A DNA stretch of 56,998 nt, taken from the NCBI GenBank assembly GCA_003564135.1, contig PWNZ01000174.1, positions 1 to 56,998 on the forward strand, given 5' to 3'. This document shows positions 37,726-48,135 of the stretch, piece after piece. The position numbers were made by a program, and so were the translations under genes. Numbering within the stretch: the stretch's first letter is position 1; each line of letters begins with the position of its first letter. The stretch is from Candidatus Cloacimonadota bacterium. Its GTDB lineage: Bacteria; Cloacimonadota; Cloacimonadia; Cloacimonadales; PWNZ01. Under the pieces are notes generated by a model. It was given only the letters and a program-made list of their open reading frames with translations, did no database searches and was not told the DNA's origin.

Positions 37726-39615
37726 CTATTTTATTAGCAGCATTTTTTTGACTTGCTCAAATTCTCCTGCTATTAATCTGTAGAAAAACAATCCCGAACC
37801 GACTATATTGCCATTAGCATCCTTTCCGTTCCATCTAATGCTGTGATTACCTGCCGCTAGGTTATTGTCCATGAGTGTAATAACTCTTCTTCCTCTACTG
37901 TTATAAATAATGAGTGAAACTTCTGCTTCTTCAGCAAGACTGAAGCTGATGTTAGTGTTGGGATTAAAAGGATTAGGGTAGTTTTGGTCAAGTCTGGTAA
38001 GTCTTGGCGTTGAGAGATAATCTACGCTTGTATCGGTTTCTGTTGTAAAAGACCAGACAGGATTATCTTCCGCATCGCCCATGTTTATTAACGCTTTCTG
38101 CTGTTCTCTTCTTGTATGGTTATCAGCCCTTTCTTCTAAGTGTTTTGTTGTAGGCACCACCATCCAATAATAAGCTGTATCGTGGTCTAAAGGAGAATAG
38201 CTCCCGATAGTTAAAGAATAGTGGATTGTTTCCTTATCATAATCAACCCAATAAAAGTTTTCTGGTTCATTAAAATGATCATAAGTACTGAAATATATCC
38301 TAAACCCTTTAGGAGGCGTGAAACCTTCTTCGTGAATATAGTTCCAGAAAAGGGTGTCAATCTTTACCAGTACGTTAGCCATCTCATGCTTAGGATAAGG
38401 ATCAGAAGCGACGTTCGGATATGGTTTGATAACAGGGATCTGCCATTTGAGCACCGGATATCCATCATTATAGAGATTGTCGGGATCAAAGCTCCAAATT
38501 TCTTCGAAATCCCACTCAGAAAAAGTGTTCTCATCATAGGGATAAGTCATCTGGATTGTTGTCCTTCCTTCACCGCCCGGAGAGGTTTCCTTTTGTGAAG
38601 CTTCAACATCCCAATAGCTTCTCAATATTCTGCCCGAGAAGAGATGTCCCATCAAGCCTCCGACATTATTTACACCGTTTACTTTGCCAGTAGAGAAGCT
38701 GTTTTGAACGGTGCCATCAGTATTCACGCCAACTAGCCCGCCTACAGCATTCTCTCCATCGACATTCCCTCTGGCGTAACTGTCATAGATGAAAGCGTTA
38801 TCATTTTTCCCGACTAATCCACCTGTGTCGTATGTACCTTTAACATTTCCTGTAGCAAAGCTGTTTGTAATGTAGGTGCCATTTCTCAGACCGGCAAGAC
38901 CGCCGGTGTTATTCAGTCCGCACCCACCAAAGGTGTAGTTGTTGCCAACTAAACCTCCAATCTGGTAAATACCAGTGACATCAGCACTGCTGCTTGATTT
39001 ATTAATTGTAGTTTCTGTGCTTCCTCCTACTAGTCCGCCGATATCTGTTTGACCGGTCACGGTGCCGGAAGCATGACTTTTGTCTATAGTTGACCACATA
39101 ACTAATCCTGTTAAGCCTCCTGCATAATAATTGGTCCCTTTGACTTTACCCTCAACAGTACAGTTTACTACTATACTATAATCGGTATTGCCGACTAAAC
39201 CGCCAACGTTGTAAGATCCTTTTACATTCACACTTGTCAGGTTGATGTTTTTCAGTTCTGCATCATGAATAAAACCGAAAAGACCTACAGACCTTTGCTC
39301 TTGACGATCGATATACAGGCTCTCTATAAGATAACCATCTCCATCAAAAGACCCGTAGAAAGGTCTACCGATATTGCCTATTGGCTCCCAACCATCTCCG
39401 GTGTTGAATGGTTCAATATCCAAAGAGATATCACCTCTTTGGCGAAAATATGAATTAGGATATTCCCGGACAAGGTCTATATCGTCAGGATTTGATACTA
39501 TAAAAGGATCATAATCAATTCCTCGCCCACCAGAAAACTGGGCTGAAAGATTTGATCCTGTAATCACAAGTAAGACACTTATTAATGCCACTATCAGAAT
39601 ATATCTGTTGCTCAT
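37726..39615 (-). CDS. Secreted GLUG-motif repeat protein with a T9SS C-terminal sorting domain
   Basis: Signal peptide present. At least 10 GGLVG/GGLTG (GLUG-type) repeats. The CTD is NYPNPFNPNTNISFSL...GLFFYRLIAGEFEQVKKMLLIK. A GGAGG SD is present. Confidence 0.88.
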   Translation of the reverse strand: MSNRYILIVALISVLLVITGSNLSAQFSGGRGIDYDPFIVSNPDDIDLVREYPNSYFRQRGDISLDIEPFNTGDGWEPIGNIGRPFYGSFDGDGYLIESLYIDRQEQRSVGLFGFIHDAELKNINLTSVNVKGSYNVGGLVGNTDYSIVVNCTVEGKVKGTNYYAGGLTGLVMWSTIDKSHASGTVTGQTDIGGLVGGSTETTINKSSSSADVTGIYQIGGLVGNNYTFGGCGLNNTGGLAGLRNGTYITNSFATGNVKGTYDTGGLVGKNDNAFIYDSYARGNVDGENAVGGLVGVNTDGTVQNSFSTGKVNGVNNVGGLMGHLFSGRILRSYWDVEASQKETSPGGEGRTTIQMTYPYDENTFSEWDFEEIWSFDPDNLYNDGYPVLKWQIPVIKPYPNVASDPYPKHEMANVLVKIDTLFWNYIHEEGFTPPKGFRIYFSTYDHFNEPENFYWVDYDKETIHYSLTIGSYSPLDHDTAYYWMVVPTTKHLEERADNHTRREQQKALINMGDAEDNPVWSFTTETDTSVDYLSTPRLTRLDQNYPNPFNPNTNISFSLAEEAEVSLIIYNSRGRRVITLMDNNLAAGNHSIRWNGKDANGNIVGSGLFFYRLIAGEFEQVKKMLLIK

Positions 39616-39867
39616 ATAACCTCCGTTATTTGTACACTTATCAAAACAATAGACTTAACCAAAGTATATGGAAAAGATAGCTTATTTATTCTCGCCGCCA
39701 ACTTTTCTAGTTTAGAGAGGTGGTGTGACAGTTGTCCCATTTAGGGGCACTGATTGAACATTAAATCTGGTTAAAAGTTCTCATAATGGTTATGAATGCT
39801 GGATCTTTTTCTGCCGAAGATTAGTTCTCTATTGACATAAACAACTGGTTTGACAGTTTGACCGATT

Positions 39868-40389
39868 ATGGAAATCAAAGAATCAAGTTACAAAGGTGTT
39901 AATTTCTGCCTCAGATGCAGTGGCAGGATGAATTTAGTTAAGGACCGAGAAAATAAGCTCAGGTCTCGATGTAGCAAATGCGGTTGGAATTATTATAAAA
40001 ACGCCGTTCCGGCGGTAGCTTGTCTGGTAATCAATGAGGCGAAAGAGATTTTGATAATCAAACGGCTTGTTGAACCTAAGCCCGGATTTTGGGCTTTACC
40101 CAGCGGATATATCGAAATCAACCAAAGCCCTGAAGAAGCAGCTGTAGATGAATTGCAAGAAGAGACAGGGATTGTCGGAGAGGTAAAAGAGTTTTTAGGT
40201 TATTATGATGGGACCTCACCGATTTATGAGAAAGTGTTATCCCTCGGATTCTGGTTAGACATTAAAGGTGGCCACTTAGAAGCGGGAGATGATGCAGGTG
40301 CAGCGAAATTTGTTCCATTTTCTCGTTTACCTAAACTAGCTTTCGACGCCCATACTTTTTTCGTTGATAAAATTCGCCGGAAATTGTAA
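39868..40389 (+). CDS. NUDIX hydrolase with an N-terminal zinc ribbon
   Basis: The zinc ribbon is CLRCSG...CSKCGW. The Nudix box is GYIEINQSPEEAAVDELQEETG (GX5EX7REUXEEXGU-like). Confidence 0.88.
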   Translation: MEIKESSYKGVNFCLRCSGRMNLVKDRENKLRSRCSKCGWNYYKNAVPAVACLVINEAKEILIIKRLVEPKPGFWALPSGYIEINQSPEEAAVDELQEETGIVGEVKEFLGYYDGTSPIYEKVLSLGFWLDIKGGHLEAGDDAGAAKFVPFSRLPKLAFDAHTFFVDKIRRKL

Positions 40390-40481
40390 GTTTTTGAGAG
40401 CTATCTTTGTAATAAGAAAACCTGATAGAATAAAACTATGAGGAATAGTGTCTGCCAACAAGCAAAAAGGAGTTTACTCGA

Positions 40482-43208
40482 ATGAAAATCGATAAGACAT
40501 ATAGCCCTTCTGATATCGAGCAGAAATGGTATCAATATTGGGAAGACAATCGGTACTTTACTCCTCCTGAGAAAATAGACAAGGCTAAAAAACCCTTCAC
40601 AGTACTGATGCCTCCACCGAACGTGACAGGCATATTACATGTAGGTCACGTTTTGAATAATACTTTGCAAGACATAGCCGTTCGCTACAAGAGAATGACA
40701 GGAGCTCCGACTTTATGGATACCGGGAATGGATCATGCCGGCATAGCGACTCAAAACGTTGTAGAGAAGGATTTAGCGAAGGAAGGGATTGATCGGCACA
40801 GCATAGGTCGGGAAAAATTAGTTGAGAAGATTTGGAAGTGGAAAGACCAGAAAGGTGGGAAAATTGTCGAGCAATTGAGACTTTTAGGTGCTTCTTGCGA
40901 TTGGACACGTGAAAGGTTCACTCTAGATAAAGGGCTCTCCCGTGCAGTGAAAGAGGTTTTCGTAGACCTCTATGAAAAGGGATTAATTTATCAGGGAGAG
41001 TATATAATTAATTGGTGCCCCAGATGTATTAGCGCACTTTCTAACGATGAGGTTGATCACTACGATGAAGTGGGCAAATTATGGTATATCCGCTATCCTA
41101 TTGATAAGGAGAATGGAGAATCAACTAGAACAGATGTGCCTGACTATCTCACGATAGCTACTACCCGTCCGGAAACTATGTTGGGCGACGTAGCGGTAGC
41201 GGTTAACCCTGATGATCCGCGCTATTCACAATTAGCGGATAAAAGAGTTATCCTGCCTTACACGAACCGTAAAATACCGATTATATTAGATGATTATGTT
41301 GATAAAGACTTTGGAACAGGTGTTGTTAAAATCACTCCGGCTCATGACCCCAATGATTTTGAAGTAGGACGACGTCATAAACTTTCTCCTATAGTTGTTA
41401 TGGATGAACAGGGTCGAATGAACGAGGCAGCAGGCGAAATATTTGCCGGTATGGACAGATTTGAATGTAGAACGAAGCTCATTAAAATGCTTGGTGATGA
41501 CGATTTGATAGACAAGATAACTGATCATGATCTTTCTTTAGGAAAGTGTTATCGCTGTGATAGTGTAGTAGAACCTTATCTTTCCAAGCAGTGGTTTGTT
41601 AAAATGAAGCCTCTCAGCGAAAGAGCCATCCAAGCGGTTGAAAACGGTGAAATAACTTTGCAACCGGAAAGGTGGAAAAAAGTGTTCATGCATTGGATGA
41701 ATAATATCCGCGATTGGTGTATATCAAGACAGATTTGGTGGGGGCATCGAATACCGGTCTATTATTGCTCTGATTGTGACCGGATAATGGTTAAGGTCGA
41801 AGCGCCAGAATTATGTCCAGCGTGCAATAGCCGCAATATTAGGCAAGACGAAGATGTGCTGGATACTTGGTTCTCATCATGGTTGTGGCCGTTCTCCACG
41901 ATGGGCTGGCCTGAAAAGACTAAAGATATAGAATATTATCTGCCGACTAACCTATTGGTGACAGCCCCCGAGATCATTTATCTCTGGGTTGCCAGAATGA
42001 TAATGGCTACTTATGAGTTCTGCGATAGCAAACCATTTGATACTGTATTACTGCATGGTACTGTTCGTGATGAAATAGGTCGTAAAATGAGTAAGTCGTT
42101 AGGTAATTCCCCAGATCCGATAAACATTATAGAACAGGTCGGTGCGGATGCTCTAAGATTCAGCATGGTGTTCAATGCACCTAAAGGGGCAGATATTTAT
42201 TATTCCGAAGCTGTGTTGGAAAATGGCCGCAATTTCTGCAATAAGATATGGAACGCCTATCGTTACATCATGACTAATGCTGCTGATATTTGCTCTAATG
42301 ATGACAAATGTATCCCCCAATCAACAGAACCGATCACCATGACAGAATTAGCCGATCGCTGGATCTATAGCCGGTTAAATCAAGTTATCAAACAGGTAGT
42401 GGATTATTATGAAGATCTTAGATACAATGATGCAGCACAACTGCTGCAAGAGTTTATCTGGAAAGAGTTTTGCTCATGGTACTTGGAGCTGACCAAGCCG
42501 AGAGTTTATGCTAAAAAAGAGGAAAGTGATGATTCCTTGCAAATACAACGACAGGTTATTGCTATCCTCTTGGATGTGCTGCAAAAATCAATGAAGCTCC
42601 TACATCCGATCATGCCATTTATCACTGAAGAAATTTGGCAAGGTGTGCAACAAGTCCGTCCAACTGACGAAGAAGCACTGATCATCAGCCGGCTACCTCA
42701 GTTTCAATCCGAAAAGACTGACAACGATATTGATGAGCAGATGAATCTGATTCAAAACAGTGTGACGGCAATCAGAAATCTGCGAAAGCAGGTTAATATA
42801 CCACCAGGTACGGAGGTTTCCGTGCTGATTCGTGTTTCCTCACAGGAAAGAGCCGCTGTAATCAACAAAAGTTATAAGTATTTTAATAAGTTAGCTAAGG
42901 TTTCTGACTTGCAAGTAGGGGTTGCTATATCCAAGCCTAAGGGATCAATCGCATCAGTCATAGGAGACTTAGAGGTATATTTAAAGCTTAGCGGTGTTAT
43001 TGATGTCGAGAAGGAAAAACAGAGGTTGAATAAAATATTAGTGAAAACCGGCAAAGAACTGGAAAGAGCTGCTAAAAAGCTTGCTAATCCAAACTTTTTG
43101 ACCAAAGCCAAAGAAGATGTCGTTGAAAAAGAACGAGTTAAAAAAGAGGAAATGCAATTAACATTTGACAAAACTAAACAACTTTTAAATGATATCCAAA
43201 ACCTATAA
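40482..43208 (+). CDS. valS: Valyl-tRNA synthetase
   Basis: The HIGH-type motif is PNVTGILHVGH and the KMSKS motif is present. The editing domain and C-terminal coiled coil are present. A GGAG SD is present. Confidence 0.97.
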   Translation: MKIDKTYSPSDIEQKWYQYWEDNRYFTPPEKIDKAKKPFTVLMPPPNVTGILHVGHVLNNTLQDIAVRYKRMTGAPTLWIPGMDHAGIATQNVVEKDLAKEGIDRHSIGREKLVEKIWKWKDQKGGKIVEQLRLLGASCDWTRERFTLDKGLSRAVKEVFVDLYEKGLIYQGEYIINWCPRCISALSNDEVDHYDEVGKLWYIRYPIDKENGESTRTDVPDYLTIATTRPETMLGDVAVAVNPDDPRYSQLADKRVILPYTNRKIPIILDDYVDKDFGTGVVKITPAHDPNDFEVGRRHKLSPIVVMDEQGRMNEAAGEIFAGMDRFECRTKLIKMLGDDDLIDKITDHDLSLGKCYRCDSVVEPYLSKQWFVKMKPLSERAIQAVENGEITLQPERWKKVFMHWMNNIRDWCISRQIWWGHRIPVYYCSDCDRIMVKVEAPELCPACNSRNIRQDEDVLDTWFSSWLWPFSTMGWPEKTKDIEYYLPTNLLVTAPEIIYLWVARMIMATYEFCDSKPFDTVLLHGTVRDEIGRKMSKSLGNSPDPINIIEQVGADALRFSMVFNAPKGADIYYSEAVLENGRNFCNKIWNAYRYIMTNAADICSNDDKCIPQSTEPITMTELADRWIYSRLNQVIKQVVDYYEDLRYNDAAQLLQEFIWKEFCSWYLELTKPRVYAKKEESDDSLQIQRQVIAILLDVLQKSMKLLHPIMPFITEEIWQGVQQVRPTDEEALIISRLPQFQSEKTDNDIDEQMNLIQNSVTAIRNLRKQVNIPPGTEVSVLIRVSSQERAAVINKSYKYFNKLAKVSDLQVGVAISKPKGSIASVIGDLEVYLKLSGVIDVEKEKQRLNKILVKTGKELERAAKKLANPNFLTKAKEDVVEKERVKKEEMQLTFDKTKQLLNDIQNL

Positions 43209-43220
43209 AGGAGGCTGGTG

Positions 43221-43772
43221 ATGACTACCAATCACAAGGAAAAGGAAATGATTATAGATCCTGATGTAACTGGTGATGTTGACTTTGAACAGCTGGAAAA
43301 AGTCAAAGAACATATTGCTAAAGACGAAAAGAAAAGGTTTCTCTTCTACGAAAAACTGAGAACTAAATTAGCAGACAAAGCACCGAAAACCAGTGTTATG
43401 AACAAGGTGACAGACTATCTTTTTCTGCTTCCGGATTTTTTTATGTTGCTCTGCCGGTTGATGGTTGATGACCGGGTGGAGAACAAGACTAAGGGGTTTA
43501 TATTAGGTGTTATCGGGTATGTTATTCTGCCTATAGATATTATACCTGACTTCATTCCCGTGATAGGGTTTGTTGATGACCTGATAATCGTGGCTTATGC
43601 ACTGGATCAGATTCTCAAGTATACTGACGAACAGATTTTGATTGATAATTGGAGCGGTAAAGCCGATTTAATCCTATCCATTAGAAAAATCATCGCCGTT
43701 GTGGACAGCGCCGTAGGCCAAAAAATCATCATGAAGATCAAATGTTTTTTATTTAAAAATAAACAAAGATAA
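43221..43772 (+). CDS. DUF1232 (YkvA-family) membrane protein
   Basis: LPIDIIPDFIPVIGFVDDL is the signature of DUF1232. ATG 43221 lies 6 nt after GGAGG. The ORF track opens at GTG 43218. Confidence 0.8.
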   Translation: MTTNHKEKEMIIDPDVTGDVDFEQLEKVKEHIAKDEKKRFLFYEKLRTKLADKAPKTSVMNKVTDYLFLLPDFFMLLCRLMVDDRVENKTKGFILGVIGYVILPIDIIPDFIPVIGFVDDLIIVAYALDQILKYTDEQILIDNWSGKADLILSIRKIIAVVDSAVGQKIIMKIKCFLFKNKQR

Positions 43773-43793
43773 TCTTTACGAGTTGGAGGGATA

Positions 43794-44417
43794 TTGAAAG
43801 CGATAATTTCATCCCGGAACCAAGACAAAATTCGGGAGATCAAGAAAATATTATCGGATCTCGACTTGCAGTTACTTTCTGCTAATGAATATGCAGATTT
43901 GCCCGATGTCATCGAGGATCAGGAGACGTTGCTTGGCAACGCCATTAAAAAGGCAAAGGAAATCGCAAAGCTAACAGGGATGGCTACAATATCCGATGAT
44001 ACCGGTCTTTTTGTAGAAGGCTTGAACGGAGCACCTGGCGTTAGATCGGCTCGATATGCCGGTGATGATTGCTCTTATAGTAAAAATAGAGAAAAGGTCT
44101 TATCCCGCATGCAGGGTATAGAAAATCGAAAAGCTGCTTTTCGCACCGTCGTTGTTATGGCTTTACCTGACAGTGGTTACACCTATGCCGAGGGAGTTTT
44201 AGAAGGAATCATTACCGATCATGAAACAGGGAATCAAGGTTTCGGGTATGACTCAATATTCATGATCCCCGAAAAAGGGAAAACCCTAGCTGAGATGTCC
44301 TCAGAAGAAAAAAACAGTATCAGCCATAGAGGTAAAGCGTTTAGAAAATTGGCTGACCAAATCAAAATACTCCTAAGTGGAGAAGCTGAAACAACTTTTA
44401 AAGATGCTAAAGTCTAG
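43794..44417 (+). CDS. rdgB: Non-canonical purine NTP pyrophosphatase (RdgB/HAM1)
   Basis: SRNQDKIRE, TLLGNAIKKA, SDDTGLFVEGLNGAPGVRSARY, GFGYDSIF and SHRGKA. The start is TTG preceded by GGAGGG. Confidence 0.9.
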   Translation: MKAIISSRNQDKIREIKKILSDLDLQLLSANEYADLPDVIEDQETLLGNAIKKAKEIAKLTGMATISDDTGLFVEGLNGAPGVRSARYAGDDCSYSKNREKVLSRMQGIENRKAAFRTVVVMALPDSGYTYAEGVLEGIITDHETGNQGFGYDSIFMIPEKGKTLAEMSSEEKNSISHRGKAFRKLADQIKILLSGEAETTFKDAKV

Positions 44418-44491
44418 TTGTTGCAGCATATAAAACCTTTCACTCGGGAGGTTTGACTAAGCTATAATCTAAAGTAAAAGGAGATGACGAA

Positions 44492-45844
44492 ATGAAAGTT
44501 AATAAGCTAATTTTTAGAGAATATGATGTCAGAGGGGTAGTAGATAAGGATTTAACCGATGAAACAGTATATCTCTTAGGCAGAGCTTTTGCACGTTTCT
44601 TAAACAAAAGGGGCTTGAAAACAGTAGCGATAGGTGGTGATGCAAGGATCAGTACACCCAGATTTAAGGACCGGTTCTCTCAGGGACTTATCGATAGTGG
44701 TTGTCAAGTTCATGATGTTGGAATATTGGCTACACCGACACTATATTTTTCGATCCAACATCTAAAAGTCGATGCAGGTGTAATGATCACCGGCAGCCAC
44801 AACCCACCCGAGTTTAACGGCTTCAAAATGAATGTAGGTTTAGGAAGTATTTATGGGAAGGATATCCAGGAAATATACGAGAGTATCGTTAATGAAGACT
44901 TTGTCGACGGTAAAGGTAAGGTGAAAGTTGTTGAGGGGATGGTGAAAATCTACCAAGACTATATCGTCGATAATATTGATTTAGCAAGGCCGGTTAAGGT
45001 TGTTATTGATGCCGGTAATGGAGTTGGAGGACCTATCCTCCCGGACATATTGAGAAGAGTCGGCTGTGAGGTTACAGAGCTTTATTGTGATATGGACGGC
45101 AACTTCCCTAACCATCATCCGGATCCAACAGTCGTTGAATACATGCAGGACTTGATTAAAACAGTTTGGGATAGTAAAAGTGAATTAGGAATAGGACTTG
45201 ATGGAGATGCTGATCGTTTGGGAGTCATTGATGAGAATGGTAAGATGTTGTTCGGTGATCAGGTATTGAACATCTTTGCTCGTGAATTCTTAGAGAACTA
45301 TCCGGGAGAGAAGGTTATAGCAGACGTAAAATGCTCAAAAAACCTATTCGATGATATCAAAGAACAAGGCGGCGTACCTATTATGTATAAAACCGGTCAT
45401 TCTCTTATCAAAAAGAAAATGAAAGAGGATAATATAAAGTTTGGCGGTGAAATGAGTGGCCATGTATTTTTCTACGATCGCTACTTCGGATATGATGATG
45501 CAATTTATGCAGCATGCAGGTTTGCAGAAATAGTTTCTAAGTCAAAAGCTAGAGTCAGTCAGATGCTGACCGGACAGCCTAAGATGTTCAACACACCGGA
45601 GATCAGAGTCGATTGTCCGGACGAAAAGAAATTCACCTTAGTCGAAAATATTAAAAAGCAACTTATTAGAGAGGGATTTGAAGTTAATGACATTGACGGT
45701 GTGAGAGTCACCTTCCCGGATGGCTGGGGTTTAGTTAGAGCATCAAATACTCAACCAGTTTTGGTAATGAGATTCGAAGCTCAAACAGAGAAGAGGCTCA
45801 AAGAGATTAGAGACTTAGTAGAAAACACAATGTTCCTTTTCTGA
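44492..45844 (+). CDS. Alpha-D-phosphohexomutase (phosphomannomutase/phosphoglucomutase type)
   Basis: Phosphoserine loop TGSHNPPEFNGFK, metal loop GLDGDADR, sugar loop GGEMSGH and phosphate-binding RASNTQP. Confidence 0.9.
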   Translation: MKVNKLIFREYDVRGVVDKDLTDETVYLLGRAFARFLNKRGLKTVAIGGDARISTPRFKDRFSQGLIDSGCQVHDVGILATPTLYFSIQHLKVDAGVMITGSHNPPEFNGFKMNVGLGSIYGKDIQEIYESIVNEDFVDGKGKVKVVEGMVKIYQDYIVDNIDLARPVKVVIDAGNGVGGPILPDILRRVGCEVTELYCDMDGNFPNHHPDPTVVEYMQDLIKTVWDSKSELGIGLDGDADRLGVIDENGKMLFGDQVLNIFAREFLENYPGEKVIADVKCSKNLFDDIKEQGGVPIMYKTGHSLIKKKMKEDNIKFGGEMSGHVFFYDRYFGYDDAIYAACRFAEIVSKSKARVSQMLTGQPKMFNTPEIRVDCPDEKKFTLVENIKKQLIREGFEVNDIDGVRVTFPDGWGLVRASNTQPVLVMRFEAQTEKRLKEIRDLVENTMFLF

Positions 45845-45885
45845 TAATAAATTTTCAATAATATTAAACTGATGATGGGGAAACC

Positions 45886-47187
45886 ATGAAAACTATATTA
45901 GCAATTGTCGTGGTGCTGTTAATCGTAGGAAGTATTACAGCACAGACCGGTAATAAAGTATCGGTCATTGAAATGGATGGTATGATAGCAGGAGGCTTCC
46001 TCTCTTATTTAGAAAGAGAGATAGACCATGCCGTAGCTAATAATCATGTTGCATGCTTAATCCTGTTGAATACACCCGGAGGTTTAGTTAACACAACCAT
46101 CAAACTCAATGAAGCAATCTTGAATGCAGAGATTCCTGTTATCGTATATGTGTATCCTTCCGGTGCCATGGCGGCATCAGCAGGTGCGTTTGTAGTGTTA
46201 GCGTCGGACATATCAGCAATGTCCTCGGTCACAACTATAGGTTCTGCTCAACCAATCTCGATAACTCCTGAAGGAGCAGCAGATGCAGGAGATAAAACCC
46301 GGAAATTTTTAGCACGTCAGGCTAAAAGCTTAGCTGAAGATAAAGGTCGACCCGTTGATATTGCTAACGACTTTGTCGAGCATAACTTAGCTCTGACTGC
46401 TCAAGAAGCTATGGACGCGGGCGTGATTGATGTTATAGCGGATAGTATTGACGACTTACTGAACCAGATAGATGGGATGGAGATAAGCAAAAGAGGAAGA
46501 ACTTTTGTTATCAACACCGATAGTTATAGGTTGGACTTCCGTGAGTTAAAAAGAAGCGAATCAATAGAACAATTTCTAAGTGACCCTCAGATTGCTATGC
46601 TGTTAATGATGGTTGGACTGATGGGCCTTTATGTCGGTTTTAGTAGTCCGGGTACATTTGTTCCGGAGGTTTTAGGAGGTATAGCTTTGATTTTGGGAGT
46701 TTTCGGATTAGGTCTGTTCGAGATAAATATAGTCGGTATTATTCTTCTGATAGCAGGAGTTTCGCTGATAGTAGCTGAATTCTTTACGTCCGGTTTCGGA
46801 ATCCTGGGGATCGGAGGCCTTATTGCCTTAGTTTTAGGTGGTTTATTGCTTCCTGTCGAACCTCTGATGGGCGGTGATTGGTACGGTACTTTTATCCGTA
46901 CAGTTATCGGATTAGGGGTAGGTATCGGGATCATCTTGGCTTTTGTTGTTCAGCGAGTGATTAACTCAATTCGTAACCCGCAAACCACAAGTATCAATCT
47001 TAGTTATCCTAAAACAGGAATAGTTTTTGAGGACCTTTCTCCAGAGGGTATGATCAAAGCCGGCGGTGAATTATGGCGAGCTAAAAGTTCTCAAGGCTTA
47101 ACCATAGCTGCCAACACTAAAGTTATTATAGAAGGTAAAGACGGTCATTATCTGTTAGCAAGAGAAGATGAGGCCGAAGCTAAATAA
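45886..47187 (+). CDS. nfeD: NfeD-family membrane-bound ClpP-class serine protease
   Basis: N-terminal ClpP-like domain (LNTPGGLV, SGAMAASAGAF), a central multi-TM block and a C-terminal OB-like domain. It lies directly upstream of an SPFH gene. Confidence 0.88.
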   Translation: MKTILAIVVVLLIVGSITAQTGNKVSVIEMDGMIAGGFLSYLEREIDHAVANNHVACLILLNTPGGLVNTTIKLNEAILNAEIPVIVYVYPSGAMAASAGAFVVLASDISAMSSVTTIGSAQPISITPEGAADAGDKTRKFLARQAKSLAEDKGRPVDIANDFVEHNLALTAQEAMDAGVIDVIADSIDDLLNQIDGMEISKRGRTFVINTDSYRLDFRELKRSESIEQFLSDPQIAMLLMMVGLMGLYVGFSSPGTFVPEVLGGIALILGVFGLGLFEINIVGIILLIAGVSLIVAEFFTSGFGILGIGGLIALVLGGLLLPVEPLMGGDWYGTFIRTVIGLGVGIGIILAFVVQRVINSIRNPQTTSINLSYPKTGIVFEDLSPEGMIKAGGELWRAKSSQGLTIAANTKVIIEGKDGHYLLAREDEAEAK

Positions 47188-47215
47188 AAAACTAGTTAAC
47201 AAATAGGAGGAATTA

Positions 47216-47995
47216 ATGGAGTATCAGTGGTACTACCCGGTAGCAGTAGTTGTCTTCTTGTTCTTGATTTCAGCAATTAAAGTTGTTAGAGAGTATGAGC
47301 GATTAGTAGTTTTCAGACTTGGAAGATTAACCAATGAAAAAGGTCCCGGATTAGTTATCGTCATTCCGATAATTGATAAGCTCATCAGAATACCCCTAAG
47401 AATAGTGACGCTCGATGTGCCCGCTCAAGAAGTGATTACCCGGGATAACGTAACTGCAAGTATTAATGCAGTTATTTATTATAAAGTAGTTGAGTCGAGT
47501 AAAGCGGTTGTAAACGTAGAAAATTACCGTTATGCTACAGCTCAACTTGCCCAAACCACATTACGTAGTATTGCCGGACAAGCAGATCTTGATGAAATAC
47601 TTTCAGAAAGAGATAAGCTTAATGTGCAAGTACAGACAATATTAGACGAGGCGACCGATCCCTGGGGAATAAAGGTCACAGCAGTTGAGATTAAAGATGT
47701 GGGGATTCCCGAAAGCCTGCAAAAGGCAATATCCAAACAAGCAACAGCAGAAAGAGAAAGAAGAGCAGTAATAGTTCAGGCTGAAGGTGAGAAGCAGGCT
47801 GCAGAAAAGCTTTCCCAAGCTGCCAAAATACTTAACGCTGAAGAAGGTGCTCTTTTTGTCAGAACTTTAAGAACGCTTTCGGAGATATCCGGGAAGCAGG
47901 GGTCTATCTTTGCCTTCCCTTTCCCGGTTGAGCTTAAAAACTTTTTCCCGAGTGCAGTGCAAAGGGATTTGAAAGATAGTGATAAACCGTCTTAG
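47216..47995 (+). CDS. SPFH/Band-7 (stomatin-like) protein
   Basis: N-terminal TM helix, then VREYERLVVFRLGR and the prohibitin-homology domain. An AGGAGG SD is present. The pairing with nfeD is classical. Confidence 0.93.
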   Translation: MEYQWYYPVAVVVFLFLISAIKVVREYERLVVFRLGRLTNEKGPGLVIVIPIIDKLIRIPLRIVTLDVPAQEVITRDNVTASINAVIYYKVVESSKAVVNVENYRYATAQLAQTTLRSIAGQADLDEILSERDKLNVQVQTILDEATDPWGIKVTAVEIKDVGIPESLQKAISKQATAERERRAVIVQAEGEKQAAEKLSQAAKILNAEEGALFVRTLRTLSEISGKQGSIFAFPFPVELKNFFPSAVQRDLKDSDKPS

Positions 47996-48135
47996 ATCTG
48001 AGCACCCTTAAAAAAAGATTGACAAAAATCAAACTGTAGCATCGAGGTTATACTATGTTGTTATCGACTATAGTATAGGACTATAATGAAAAATAAAAAA
48101 AAGACAAAACAAGAAACTAACTGGAGGTTAGAATT